From Promethearchaeota archaeon (lineage in GTDB: Archaea > Asgardarchaeota > Lokiarchaeia > Sigyniarchaeales > SOKP01), in the NCBI GenBank assembly GCA_016930515.1, contig JAFGGO010000158.1, positions 1 to 64,000 on the forward strand: a stretch of 64,000 bases of DNA, in the 5' to 3' direction. Position 1 is the stretch's first letter; each line of letters begins with the position of its first letter. Shown here piece after piece: positions 8,781-19,096 of this stretch. The notes below the pieces were generated by a model. It saw only the letters and a program-made list of their open reading frames with translations, was not told the origin of the DNA and ran no database searches. The position numbers and the translations under genes were made by a program.

Positions 8781-11264
8781 ATGATGGGCGTTTTTCCCGA
8801 AGATCCGTGCGATTTTGCTCTTGAATTCATTCGTAGGATGAGAAATCACCCAGATATTGCCCTTATTCCCTCCTCTCGCCAAGTTTTATCCATTCCCAAG
8901 ATGATCTTGTCCCGTTTTTATCGAAAGGGTTCCCTCACTCCCAACGATTTTATCGAAATTAGCATGGTTACCTCGTATCCTGATAATCAAGATTTGGCAA
9001 AGTCAATTGCTTTCGATATTTTATTTCCACATTACATAAAAGAAACTTCGAGTGATTTATTTGAAGAAATTAATATAAAGGATGATAATGTGCTTGAAGA
9101 TCAAATTAAATCTGAAATGGAACAACTTCAAGATTTAATCGATGAAATTGAAAATAAATCATTGGAATCAAACGCGATAAAAGAAATAGATTCGTTTTTG
9201 GACGAAATAAATCGGCACGAACAGGAAGAACCATATCGTTCAGCAATGAATTTTTTTAACGACGAATCTGAATTATATAGGCAACAAATTACATCCTTGG
9301 AACAATTGTTAGAAGAGGCGAAAAATCGCTTGATCCAAAAGATTAACTCTCTTAAACCTCAAGACATTGAAGCTGGTAATAAGTTAGGAATGTCCAAGTT
9401 GATTCAAGAAAAAGCGTTAAGGGAATGGGAAAAAATTACCAGCAAGGCTCTTAGCAAGGAGAATATCCAGTCAGATTTGGAAAAGCTTTATACTCCTGAT
9501 CGTGTGGAAGACTTAATACAAACAATTAAATTTTTAAAAGATACTCATGCGCTTCCACGAGAAGAAATTCAGAAGTTGAAAGAAAATTTATCAGATCAAA
9601 TTAAGAATTTAGACCAATTATTCAATGCTGCTAAGAACTTAGGCGAACTCCCAAAGTTTAATCCAGAGAGGCTTTTATCGAATTCCTTGAAACAACCTTC
9701 ATTTGAACACGAATTTAACTTGGCAAACTCTTTAGATCAATATTATGGTACCGATCTCAGGGCAGAATTGTTGAAAATGTACGAAAAACAGATTAAAGGT
9801 CCTGAAATGCGTCTTTCTCTCGAACAATTAGCGGAACACGCAATGGCCAACAAGTCCTGGAATTCTTTATTTTCTCAGGCGCTTCAAAGTGCAATTAAAG
9901 ACGCGTATGATCAACCGAAAGTAAACGAGGCTTTAAAATCTCTAGCTCATCAAGTTCAACAATTACAAAAAACCGCTCGTAATATGCATAGTAGCCAAAA
10001 AATTGCCCAAAGCCTGCCCGAACTCGTAAAAAAGGCATTAGAATCTAGTAATTCGTCAGATCAATTAAAAAACTCGGTAGAATTCTTGAGAAACATTGGA
10101 TTAAATCCAGAATCTTTAGATATAAGAAAAATCGGTCAAAAACTTGGAATGTCTGAGGAAGATATCGCAGAATTAATTGAACCCAACTATCAATTATTAA
10201 AAAAGTTAACTGAAAATAAAAAAGCTAACTTCCAACAACTCTCTAATTTAATGCAACAATTAAGTGATCAATTGGACATTCAAAAAATAAAGGAATTGAC
10301 GACAATTGCCTTAGATTCCGAAAATCGGGACGCTCTAGGAGCTTTAGGGCATTTTGATCTTGGCGAAGCCCTAGAAAGCGCCAAGCAAATTAGTGGCAAA
10401 GATGGAGAAAACTTGCTCATTTCTAGCTTGACGGCGGGCAATGGAGAAAATTTGCTTAAACAATGGTTTATACATCGTGATCGCTTGCCTCATACTTCAA
10501 AAGATAAGGTAAAGGAACAAGCAAAGGCTCTCCTTATCGAATTAGGCGTTTATTATTCAAGAGCTCGCTTGGGAAGCTCCGTTATGGGACCAATTCCCAT
10601 AAATTCTGTAAGACCTTATACAGTAGGCGACGACTTCGAGAATGTCGACTTGGAAGAAACAATCTTTCACATTTTAGAAAAAGGAAAAAAATTGGAACAC
10701 ATAAACTACGACGACTTTTTCGTTTACGAAACTGCCAAGGGATTGAGAAACGCTGTTATCGAATTAGATGTATCTGGAAGCATGGATGGTGATAAAATGG
10801 CGCAAATGGCAATATGTGCCACAATGCTCGTCTACGGCCTACAAAAAGACGAAATCGCCTTGTGCTTTTTTGAATCCGATACTCATGTCTTAAAAAAATT
10901 AGATGAAGATATTGATCTTGAGAAATTAGCCGATGAGCTCTTAGACATCAAGGCAGAAGGGGGTACCAGAATACAAAAGGCTCTCGAATGGGCTAGAGAG
11001 GAATTTAATAAAAATTCAAGTTCTAGAGAAAAGCTTAATATTATATTTACGGATGCCGAAGTCTTTGATCTGGAACAAGCTATTGAACAATTAAAGATCC
11101 TGCGCTCAATTGGTGTAAATTCGATTGTGGTATGTCCTGAATCACAATTTAACCTCAAAGAAGCCGAAAAAATGGCGAGGATCGCAGGAGGACGGTTACT
11201 GACAATAAAAGAATGGGAAGACTTTCCCAAACTAATTGCAGATATTATAAAATCGAAGTTTTAA
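8781..11264 (+). CDS. Large helical protein with C-terminal vWA (CoxE-like) domain
   Basis: VDLEETI segment, MIDAS DVSGSM, GGT and FTD in the last ~220 aa; directly downstream of the MoxR. Confidence 0.85.
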   Translation: MMGVFPEDPCDFALEFIRRMRNHPDIALIPSSRQVLSIPKMILSRFYRKGSLTPNDFIEISMVTSYPDNQDLAKSIAFDILFPHYIKETSSDLFEEINIKDDNVLEDQIKSEMEQLQDLIDEIENKSLESNAIKEIDSFLDEINRHEQEEPYRSAMNFFNDESELYRQQITSLEQLLEEAKNRLIQKINSLKPQDIEAGNKLGMSKLIQEKALREWEKITSKALSKENIQSDLEKLYTPDRVEDLIQTIKFLKDTHALPREEIQKLKENLSDQIKNLDQLFNAAKNLGELPKFNPERLLSNSLKQPSFEHEFNLANSLDQYYGTDLRAELLKMYEKQIKGPEMRLSLEQLAEHAMANKSWNSLFSQALQSAIKDAYDQPKVNEALKSLAHQVQQLQKTARNMHSSQKIAQSLPELVKKALESSNSSDQLKNSVEFLRNIGLNPESLDIRKIGQKLGMSEEDIAELIEPNYQLLKKLTENKKANFQQLSNLMQQLSDQLDIQKIKELTTIALDSENRDALGALGHFDLGEALESAKQISGKDGENLLISSLTAGNGENLLKQWFIHRDRLPHTSKDKVKEQAKALLIELGVYYSRARLGSSVMGPIPINSVRPYTVGDDFENVDLEETIFHILEKGKKLEHINYDDFFVYETAKGLRNAVIELDVSGSMDGDKMAQMAICATMLVYGLQKDEIALCFFESDTHVLKKLDEDIDLEKLADELLDIKAEGGTRIQKALEWAREEFNKNSSSREKLNIIFTDAEVFDLEQAIEQLKILRSIGVNSIVVCPESQFNLKEAEKMARIAGGRLLTIKEWEDFPKLIADIIKSKF

Positions 11265-11268
11265 CGAT

Positions 11269-13611
11269 ATGAAGAATAAGGAACTTTACGAGCTCATCAT
11301 CAAGAAATATGGTGGGGATGTATTTGAGGAAGGGTTAAAATTTCCCAACAATAAGATCTCCATTATTTTCTTACAACCAAAACCAATTAAAATTAATTGT
11401 ATGGTTTTAGATAACGATCGAGAATTTCATATCGTTATTAATCAAGAAGAAAAAGAAATTTTTCACGATTGCCCCCGTTTTTTGATTCATAAAGATGATA
11501 ATAAAAAGATATGTGCTCACATAATAAAATTAATCCTATCGATAAATGAATCTCTATCTTTTAAATTATTGAACGATATCGACAATTATGTTCTATCGGC
11601 AGAAGATTTTGGATCGAGACATAAGAGCGAGAATTATATGATTCTTGCAAAAAGTTGTTTTACTTCTGATAATTCCGTTGAAGGTTTGAATTATTTAAAT
11701 AAAGCGTTAGTAAATCGAGACGATTGTTCAAATATTGTTGGAACATATTTGAAAACTGCAATTGAGAATAATTTATTCGTTGAGTTTTTTGAATTTTTAA
11801 CAAATGATAAAATGAATGGAATGAACGCTTCATTTTTTATAGATCAAGAAAAGTTAATTGAAGAAGGTTTTAAGTCTTTTCTAGCATCTATTCCAAGATA
11901 TTCATTTTATAATGTGTTAAAAATAATTGAATCAATAGATCAGATTCTAAATTCAATTGATTTTTCTTTTTTGAGTCGATTTCTTATTGCGTTAATATCC
12001 AAGACTAAATCCACAAATTTAAAAGAGAAATATTTTGCTTTCTATTTCCTTTTAAAACATAAAGAAATTTCTCAAGAAGAAATTCAATCCTTCGACGATT
12101 TAATCAGCAATAATTTAATACAAGAATTGAAGAATCAAATTTTGGTGCATTTTCAAAACCAGATTGAGAATTTTGGTTTAATTGAAGAACTTAATTTGTT
12201 AAAAAAACATTTCAAGACATTTAAAATTTCAAAAGAAACTTATAACGACACCTACAAAAAATATAAAAAAGAATTGCAAGAAATTGAAAGAAAATTATAT
12301 ATCAAGAAATTTGCGTTCCTCAAATTATTTAGAAAAAAGTTTAAAGTGAACAAGTCGACTGGGGGATTTAAAAAAAAAAGAAATTTTTATATTGTCGATC
12401 ACGATAAAGAAAACATTAATAATCCCGCATATCATTATATCCTTGCTAGGATGGGTTTTTATGGATATAAGAATCAATTTATCAAATCATCGGAAATGGG
12501 CCCTAATATATTTATGCTAAAGGATTTATTTCTAGACGATATAGGCAAATTCCCAGATGTACTTTATTATAAAAACCAGTTTTGGGGCGATATTAAATCT
12601 ATTGAAATCGATTCCAATATCGGATATTCTCTCTTGCCCAAACCATTGGATTACGATCAAGACGGGGTTTATTTGATGTTTGATAGAAATGAAACCATAA
12701 TCGTCGAATGGGACCTTGTTAACAAACCCGTGAATGGTAGCTTGATCGTTGCTTATAGCTCTCAAATTCTTGTTCCCGACCAAAAAAATCCATTATTTCA
12801 TGATTTAAAACCTTTTGATTTGTGTTATTGTAAGAAAATACCAGAGGAAATAGAATCAGAAATAATAAAAAAGACCAATGTGATTTCGAAATGTTCTTTT
12901 AAGGATGCTATAAATAGTATTGCTGCTGGTATGGATTTTATAGAAGGTTATTATCCCCTTTCATTAATTAAAGATGTTATTGATAAAAAGATTGAACCTT
13001 TTGAAGCTCACGCCCTTTTACGACAAAATCCAAACAAATTATTCATCCCTAATTACAATAAATTCGTTCAAATAGCTGAAACTTTTTTATTCGACTTTAT
13101 TCGAAAAGAAAAGAATTATGTTTTTGAAACGCTTAAAAAAACGCCTGAAAAAAAAACGAGTCATCTATTGTTCTTACTTGGATTAGATAAGGAATTTGAA
13201 GGTATGAATTTGCCTTATGGGCGAATAGCGGAAGAGCTTTTTGAACAAAATCTACCTTTTAAAGAATTCAAGTCAAATTTGATAAATAAAGTTCACGATC
13301 TTGTAAAACAAGATCTTGAAGAAGCTAAAGTAGGATGCACTGAAGCTTATGACTTGAATAAAATGCAATATACATCTTTCTCTTATTATTTAAAAAAAAT
13401 ATTACAAGTAAGGAAAAATGAATTCGAACGAGCGAAAATTAAACATCAGGATGAATTTTTCGACCTTTCAGAAGTATTAAAAACATATTATGGAATAAAA
13501 TTTGCAAAAATGCTAAAATTGGGACAAAATAAATTAGTGAGACCAAACAAGTTCCAAAAAATAAAAGAATATGCAAAAAAATTAGGATTAAAACTAAATT
13601 TGATAGATTAA
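11269..13611 (+). CDS. Hypothetical protein with N-terminal SWIM-type zinc finger
   Basis: FHDCP-x12-CAHIIKL preceded by the usual beta-rich pre-SWIM segment; 4 bp after the vWA gene. Confidence 0.6.
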   Translation: MKNKELYELIIKKYGGDVFEEGLKFPNNKISIIFLQPKPIKINCMVLDNDREFHIVINQEEKEIFHDCPRFLIHKDDNKKICAHIIKLILSINESLSFKLLNDIDNYVLSAEDFGSRHKSENYMILAKSCFTSDNSVEGLNYLNKALVNRDDCSNIVGTYLKTAIENNLFVEFFEFLTNDKMNGMNASFFIDQEKLIEEGFKSFLASIPRYSFYNVLKIIESIDQILNSIDFSFLSRFLIALISKTKSTNLKEKYFAFYFLLKHKEISQEEIQSFDDLISNNLIQELKNQILVHFQNQIENFGLIEELNLLKKHFKTFKISKETYNDTYKKYKKELQEIERKLYIKKFAFLKLFRKKFKVNKSTGGFKKKRNFYIVDHDKENINNPAYHYILARMGFYGYKNQFIKSSEMGPNIFMLKDLFLDDIGKFPDVLYYKNQFWGDIKSIEIDSNIGYSLLPKPLDYDQDGVYLMFDRNETIIVEWDLVNKPVNGSLIVAYSSQILVPDQKNPLFHDLKPFDLCYCKKIPEEIESEIIKKTNVISKCSFKDAINSIAAGMDFIEGYYPLSLIKDVIDKKIEPFEAHALLRQNPNKLFIPNYNKFVQIAETFLFDFIRKEKNYVFETLKKTPEKKTSHLLFLLGLDKEFEGMNLPYGRIAEELFEQNLPFKEFKSNLINKVHDLVKQDLEEAKVGCTEAYDLNKMQYTSFSYYLKKILQVRKNEFERAKIKHQDEFFDLSEVLKTYYGIKFAKMLKLGQNKLVRPNKFQKIKEYAKKLGLKLNLID

Positions 13612-13618
13612 ATCTTTA

Positions 13619-14599
13619 CTATACCTTCCCTTGTCCTTGAGATTCCTCAAGTCTTGAGTCCATAAATTTAATTTTCATGACAAATAGCAGAAAACAATAA
13701 CTAAATGCAATCCAAATTATTGATTGTGTTAATGGCGCGCTTAAGACAAGAATTACATTTAAAAATGATATAGCATATAAAAATCCAAAAGTATGTAATC
13801 TTTCTAATTTTGATGGATTATTTTTATGATAAATGTTTCTTTGTAAAAGCACCAATAATAGTGGAGTAAACGCAAAGAGCAGAAAAAACTTTTCTTCTAA
13901 TAAGTTTGTAGAAATGAAGAATAGGAGGAAAAGATAGGGTGTTAATAGAATAGTAAAACTCAAGTATACTCCTTTTTCGTAAACGCTCACTTTTGTCATT
14001 AATGTTTTAATTTTTGCCCTTTGGTCACCTAGATAATCGGGAATGTTTTTCACGGTAAAATAAGTGAAGAAAAAATAAGTAATGATGTAAAAAATTGGTG
14101 GTAGATCTAATATTGATCGATTAATTAACCAACCACCCAAAAAAGGAAGTGCTACAGCTCCAGTAAAGCTTATCATTCCCAAAAGCATGTTTTTCTTAAA
14201 TCTAATTGGTGGTGCAGAGTAAAATATTGAATCTAAAACTGCTATAATAATTATTATATAACATCCCAATCCCATTAAAGTTGCGAGCTGCATGATTATT
14301 GTATATAATCCAAAAAGAAGGAATCCCATATTTTTCAAACCTACTGCATTAAGCATCTCTGTTCTTATCGGCTGATTAATTTCGTCTTCAAACCTATCGT
14401 AATAAGAATTCACTAAATTAGCTCCAGATGTTATCATCGCAAATATTATTAGACCTATTACCATCCTAAAGATATCAATAGAATTTGTAAGAGAATATCC
14501 TAAGAAGAAGGACATTAAAGCAAAAATCCAGGTTCTGGGTCTCGCCAAAGCTAAAATATTATACAATTTTGATTTATTATTTGATATAAAGACTTTCAC
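13619..14599 (-). CDS. UbiA-family membrane prenyltransferase
   Basis: LARPRTW, NSYYDRFEDEINQP, YSAPPIRFK and NIPDYLGD motifs; multiple TM helices. The ORF track extends to 14788, but the first ~60 codons look non-coding; GTG 14599 (or ATA 14587) is more plausible. Confidence 0.85.
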   Translation of the reverse strand: MKVFISNNKSKLYNILALARPRTWIFALMSFFLGYSLTNSIDIFRMVIGLIIFAMITSGANLVNSYYDRFEDEINQPIRTEMLNAVGLKNMGFLLFGLYTIIMQLATLMGLGCYIIIIIAVLDSIFYSAPPIRFKKNMLLGMISFTGAVALPFLGGWLINRSILDLPPIFYIITYFFFTYFTVKNIPDYLGDQRAKIKTLMTKVSVYEKGVYLSFTILLTPYLFLLFFISTNLLEEKFFLLFAFTPLLLVLLQRNIYHKNNPSKLERLHTFGFLYAISFLNVILVLSAPLTQSIIWIAFSYCFLLFVMKIKFMDSRLEESQGQGKV

Positions 14600-14825
14600 C
14601 TTTATACATGATTTTGATCTAATTAAAAGAAATAGTTGATTTTTTTTAATTAAAGGAGGGAGGTCAGTGAATTTATGATTTTCAAATACATTCAAACTTA
14701 TTAAATAAATATTATTGTATTTATTTGGGAAAAAGGAATGAGTGTGAATATAAAAAAAACAGGAGTTAATATAGCTCGTATTAATCACTAGTTCTAAAAA
14801 TTAGCATCTATCGTGTTTTAGGTAA

Positions 14826-15977
14826 TTATTTTGCTGAAATGATTTTTTGGTAATTATAGAAGAACTTTTCTATGAATTTCTGGTATATTTCCAGCGCTTC
14901 TTTATATTCGTCAATCTCGACGAACTCTCCGTCCGTGTGCTCCAATTTTGGATCTCCTGGACCATATGTGATGGTGGGAATACCAAAATGGGTTCCAATT
15001 ACATTTGTGAAAGTAGTACCTGTTTTTTTTACCATGATTGCTTTTTCTTTGCGTATTTTAAAAATAGCCCAACGCAAAGCGCCCGTCATCACATCATCTC
15101 CTTTTACTTCGTATCCCTCTATTTGACTTAAAATTTCTTCTTTTATTTGAAATTCAGGGCAATTATTTTGATATTTCTTAGCTATTTCTAATTTCATGCC
15201 TCTTATTTTTTCAAGCAATAGATTAGATTTAATTAGGGGCGGAAATCTTATATCTATTTTCATAGTGCATTTTGAAGGAATTACATTTGCTAAGTCTCCT
15301 CCCTTCAAGGTTCCAATATTTGAAATTACCTTGTGGAAATAACTATCGCTTTGAGTGTTTTTATCTCCTTGAGATGATAATTTCTGTGAAATAATTTTAA
15401 TTTCGTTCCATAGATCTAATGCCACTTCAATCGCGTTCACATGCATCCAAGAACTTGCCATGTGGCCCGGCATCGAGGTAATCTCGTAAGAAAGGCAAAG
15501 TCTGCCTTTATAACCGATGCATATTTGGCTTGTTGTAGTAGGTTCTCCAAAAATGGCAAAGTCTGGACTTAAATCAGATTTTAGGAACTCCTGAATTCCT
15601 TCCAAAGAACTTTCCTCTCTAACGATACCCACAATCGCGATTGTTCCTGAAGTTATTGTATTAAAATCGTATTTTGAAATAGCGTAAACCATTGCTGCTA
15701 AAGAAGGTTTACAATCAACAGCGCCCCTACCAAATATTTTTCCTTCTTTTTCAAAGACGGGCAATTCCCCCGGTATTGTATCCATGTGAGATATTAATAA
15801 TAAAAAAGGCTTTCCCCTTCCCTTTATTGCGATAACATTTCCAATATTGTCAAACTTCACTTTAAATCCGTGATTTTTCATAAAATTTGCTAAAAATCGT
15901 GCGTAAGGTGTTTCATTTTCAGATGGGCTATATAATTTAATGCATTCTTTTAGAAACTCCGTAGGATTTTCAAGCAT
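14826..15977 (-). CDS. lysK: [LysW]-lysine/ornithine hydrolase (M20 family, LysK/ArgE-like)
   Basis: SHMDT, GRGAVDCK, REES, GEP, YGPGD...HT; clustered with lysZ/lysX; ATG 15977 overlaps the lysZ stop. Confidence 0.85.
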   Translation of the reverse strand: MLENPTEFLKECIKLYSPSENETPYARFLANFMKNHGFKVKFDNIGNVIAIKGRGKPFLLLISHMDTIPGELPVFEKEGKIFGRGAVDCKPSLAAMVYAISKYDFNTITSGTIAIVGIVREESSLEGIQEFLKSDLSPDFAIFGEPTTTSQICIGYKGRLCLSYEITSMPGHMASSWMHVNAIEVALDLWNEIKIISQKLSSQGDKNTQSDSYFHKVISNIGTLKGGDLANVIPSKCTMKIDIRFPPLIKSNLLLEKIRGMKLEIAKKYQNNCPEFQIKEEILSQIEGYEVKGDDVMTGALRWAIFKIRKEKAIMVKKTGTTFTNVIGTHFGIPTITYGPGDPKLEHTDGEFVEIDEYKEALEIYQKFIEKFFYNYQKIISAK

Positions 15978-16797
15978 CGTGTACCGAGGTTCCTCCATTT
16001 TCTTCTAACGCATTTAATATGGGCGAATCGATTAATCCAGAACAAATAATTACTTTTTTAACTCCGTTTTTAAAGGATTCTAATGCGGCATAAGCCTTCT
16101 TCTTCATTCCCCCTTCTAATCGTTCGATTAGCTCTTCTAATTGAATTCTAGATATGGATTTTATCATAGAATTTTTATCTTCGAAATTCCTGTAAATACC
16201 TTCCACATCTGTGAGACTAATTAAAACATCTGCATCAAGAGAACCCGCAACTTGACTTGCCGCTCTATCACCATCTACATTCACTATATCGCCTTCTTCA
16301 CTCCTTGCTAAAGCACCAATAACTGGAATATATTTATTTTTCAGCAGGAATTTTATAATTTGGGGGTTGATGGAATTAACCTTTCCTGAATATTCCCCCC
16401 GTTTTATAAGCTTTTTATTATTAACTAATACAACTATTTTATCCTTTCTAACAGCATCTATAGTACCTCCATCAATTCCCGTGAAACCAAAAGCATTTAC
16501 TCCCCTTTTTTGAAGCGCCTCAACTAGTCGCTTGTTATTCAATCCACCGAGAGACATGATTGCGGCACTAATGGCTTCTTGATCGGTATAGCGGGTTGTA
16601 TATCCTGATGGTGTCTTGAAATATTTTGGTTCCTTATTCATGCTCCTTAATATTTCGTTTATTTGGGGGCCCCCACCATGTACAACTACTAGCTCATATT
16701 TATCAGACAACTTTAAATAAATATTTGAAATGTCTTCCACGACATTTTCGAAATTCTTTGCTATTAAAGCCCCCCCTACTTTGATGACAACTCTCAT
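15970..16797 (-). CDS. lysZ: [LysW]-aminoadipate/glutamate kinase (LysZ/ArgB)
   Basis: VIKVGG, VHGGG, SGYTTRYTD, NVDGDRAA, GGMKKK. Confidence 0.88.
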   Translation of the reverse strand: MRVVIKVGGALIAKNFENVVEDISNIYLKLSDKYELVVVHGGGPQINEILRSMNKEPKYFKTPSGYTTRYTDQEAISAAIMSLGGLNNKRLVEALQKRGVNAFGFTGIDGGTIDAVRKDKIVVLVNNKKLIKRGEYSGKVNSINPQIIKFLLKNKYIPVIGALARSEEGDIVNVDGDRAASQVAGSLDADVLISLTDVEGIYRNFEDKNSMIKSISRIQLEELIERLEGGMKKKAYAALESFKNGVKKVIICSGLIDSPILNALEENGGTSVHDA

Positions 16798-16824
16798 TTT
16801 ATTCTTAATTATTTGTATTTCGTA

Positions 16825-17703
16825 TTATTTATAATTATTTTCCAAATATTCAACAATTTCTCGTGCAATATTAATTTTTGTAGCTCCAACTATACCTTGA
16901 AATTGAGGCGTGCCATTGATTTCTATCACTTTATATTCTCCCTCTACACCCATAAGGTCGATGCCGACAACTTCTCCCTGGACGGCTCTTGCTGCACTGA
17001 GACTTAATTTCTCGATTTCGGGAGTTATTTCTATTGGTTCTGCTGTTCCTCCTATTGCAATATTGCTCCTAAAGTTCTTTTCTGGATGAAATCTCCCCAT
17101 TGCGGCAACGCAACGATCCCCAATTACAAAAACTCTGATATCTGTAGGAGCGTGAGGATTGCTTTCGCTAGTAGAAATGAACTCCTGCAAGTAATAAATT
17201 TTCTGCAAGATATTTCCCATGGTTTCACGACACTCGAGATTAGAGATGGCGCTATTGTAATCGTCCAATTTTGCGATCATCCTTCCCCATGACCCAATAA
17301 TAGGTTTAATTACGGTGGGATAACCTATTGTACTTTCTATTGCTTCAATTGAGGAATTATCTTGAAATGAAACGCTTGTTAAAGGAGTTGGGATATCATT
17401 TTCGATTAATTTTAATGTTGTTAACAACTTATTACCACTTAGGTGCAGACATTCGTAATTATTGACGATTTTATATCCTTTTAGTTCTAAAATTGCTCCA
17501 GAATACAATCCTCGCAAGTAACTTAGAGATCTTTCTAATATTACTTTGCAATCGCTAGAAAGATTGAGATCTTTTTTCTTGGAAAGAATGTAGAAAATTT
17601 TTCGATTGTCTAATTCCTCGTGTTTGATTTTTTTCTTTTCGAGTTCGGTTATTATTTGTTTTACTTCCCATGTTATCCTGTTTAAAAGTATTCCAACTCG
17701 CAT
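16825..17703 (-). CDS. lysX: ATP-grasp LysW ligase (LysX/ArgX, RimK family)
   Basis: KPIIGSWGR, YLQEFI, DIRVFVIG, FRSNIAIGG, EINGTPQF. Confidence 0.85.
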   Translation of the reverse strand: MRVGILLNRITWEVKQIITELEKKKIKHEELDNRKIFYILSKKKDLNLSSDCKVILERSLSYLRGLYSGAILELKGYKIVNNYECLHLSGNKLLTTLKLIENDIPTPLTSVSFQDNSSIEAIESTIGYPTVIKPIIGSWGRMIAKLDDYNSAISNLECRETMGNILQKIYYLQEFISTSESNPHAPTDIRVFVIGDRCVAAMGRFHPEKNFRSNIAIGGTAEPIEITPEIEKLSLSAARAVQGEVVGIDLMGVEGEYKVIEINGTPQFQGIVGATKINIAREIVEYLENNYK

Positions 17704-17818
17704 TAGTATGACCTCATTATAGATAATACTTTAAAGGATTTTTTAGGTAAAATATTTTTTTAGTCATATAAGATATAAAAAAATTTAAAAAAATCTTGAA
17801 AATAATAAATGAATTGAA

Positions 17819-19096
17819 TTATAGATCCCTAATGCGATAATTTTCTAGAACTAAATCAATAATTCTACTCGCAACGAATCTTTTCGAATGTCGTGGAATA
17901 TGTGTTACGTGTTTTTCTTTATTAACGATCCACACTTCGTTATCCCTGCTCTCAAACCCCATTTCTCCACCAACATCGTTCGCGACGACGAGATCAGCTT
18001 TTGACCTTTTAAGACGGTCATAGGCTCTGTCAATTAACTGCGTTTTTGAAACATTTGTTTCCGCTTTGAAAGCAACAATAAATACTTTATCGTTTACCTC
18101 TCTTGCTTGATCAATGATCTTTGGTGTTAAACCCATAGTAATGTGTAATTCTTTGACCTCATCAGAAGATATCTTGCCTTGAATGCAATCCTTTGGCGTG
18201 TAATCGCTAATAGCGGCAGCACAGATAAATATGTCATAATCCTTTTCTTTTAACTCACTATTCACGGTCCGAATAAAATCGCTAGTAGTAACGACATTAA
18301 TCACATTTAAATAGTCCGGGGCTTCAACCAAGCACTTTCCTTTCACTAAAAGAACATCAGCGCCCCTTGCAGCTGCTTCTTTTGCTATTTCGATCCCCAT
18401 CCTTCCAGATGAATTGTTAGATACGAATCTTACCTCGTCTATAGGTTCTCTGGTTGGTCCAGCAGTAATAAGAACCTTTTTTCCTTCCATGTCGCGTTTT
18501 GCAACTAACATGTCAATAACTCTATCGATAATGTCGTCAACATGAGCAATTTTTGCCTTTCCTTCCGAGATACGGGGCCCTAAGATTTCCACTCCACACT
18601 TTCTTAATTTCTTGATGTTCTCTTCGAGTATAGGGTGCCTGAACATGCTCTCGTGCATTGCGGGCACAATAATAATTGGTGTGGAAGACCCAAACGCAGT
18701 AGTTACAACGGTTGTAACTGGCGTATCGTCGACACCCATGGCTATTTTTGAAATGGTATTTGCCGTAGCGGGACAAACCAAGACTAGATCGGATTTACCG
18801 GAATTCCTTGGGCGATCTCCAGCGAGATAGATGTGCTCTACGGCCCCAGTTAGATGAGTAATAGCGGGATTTCCAGTTGCCCAATGCATTAAAGTGGGTG
18901 TGATTAGCTCTGTAGCAGATTTTGACATCACGCAAATTACTTCTGCTCCTAACCTCATGAGTTCTCGGGCAATAATAGGTGAAGAAATAACGGCAACTGA
19001 ACCAGTAAGGCATAAACAAATAGTTTTTCCTCTAAGGATCGTACCCTTGCTTTCCATGATGTCCTTACTTGGATGCTTTTCGGACACGAATGACAC
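17819..19096 (-). CDS. coaBC: Bifunctional phosphopantothenoylcysteine decarboxylase/ligase
   Basis: TGSVA, PATANTISK, PAMHESM, TAGPTREPIDEVRFVSNNSSGRMG, AAAISDY, FKAET, VANDV. Confidence 0.95.
   Translation of the reverse strand: MSFVSEKHPSKDIMESKGTILRGKTICLCLTGSVAVISSPIIARELMRLGAEVICVMSKSATELITPTLMHWATGNPAITHLTGAVEHIYLAGDRPRNSGKSDLVLVCPATANTISKIAMGVDDTPVTTVVTTAFGSSTPIIIVPAMHESMFRHPILEENIKKLRKCGVEILGPRISEGKAKIAHVDDIIDRVIDMLVAKRDMEGKKVLITAGPTREPIDEVRFVSNNSSGRMGIEIAKEAAARGADVLLVKGKCLVEAPDYLNVINVVTTSDFIRTVNSELKEKDYDIFICAAAISDYTPKDCIQGKISSDEVKELHITMGLTPKIIDQAREVNDKVFIVAFKAETNVSKTQLIDRAYDRLKRSKADLVVANDVGGEMGFESRDNEVWIVNKEKHVTHIPRHSKRFVASRIIDLVLENYRIRDL

Noticed and set aside
8762-8790. Stop-codon readthrough or Sec fusion of MoxR with the vWA gene
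   Set aside because: The vWA ORF is in a different frame, an in-frame TAG follows two codons after the TGA, the vWA gene has its own SD/ATG, and no SECIS-like hairpin was seen
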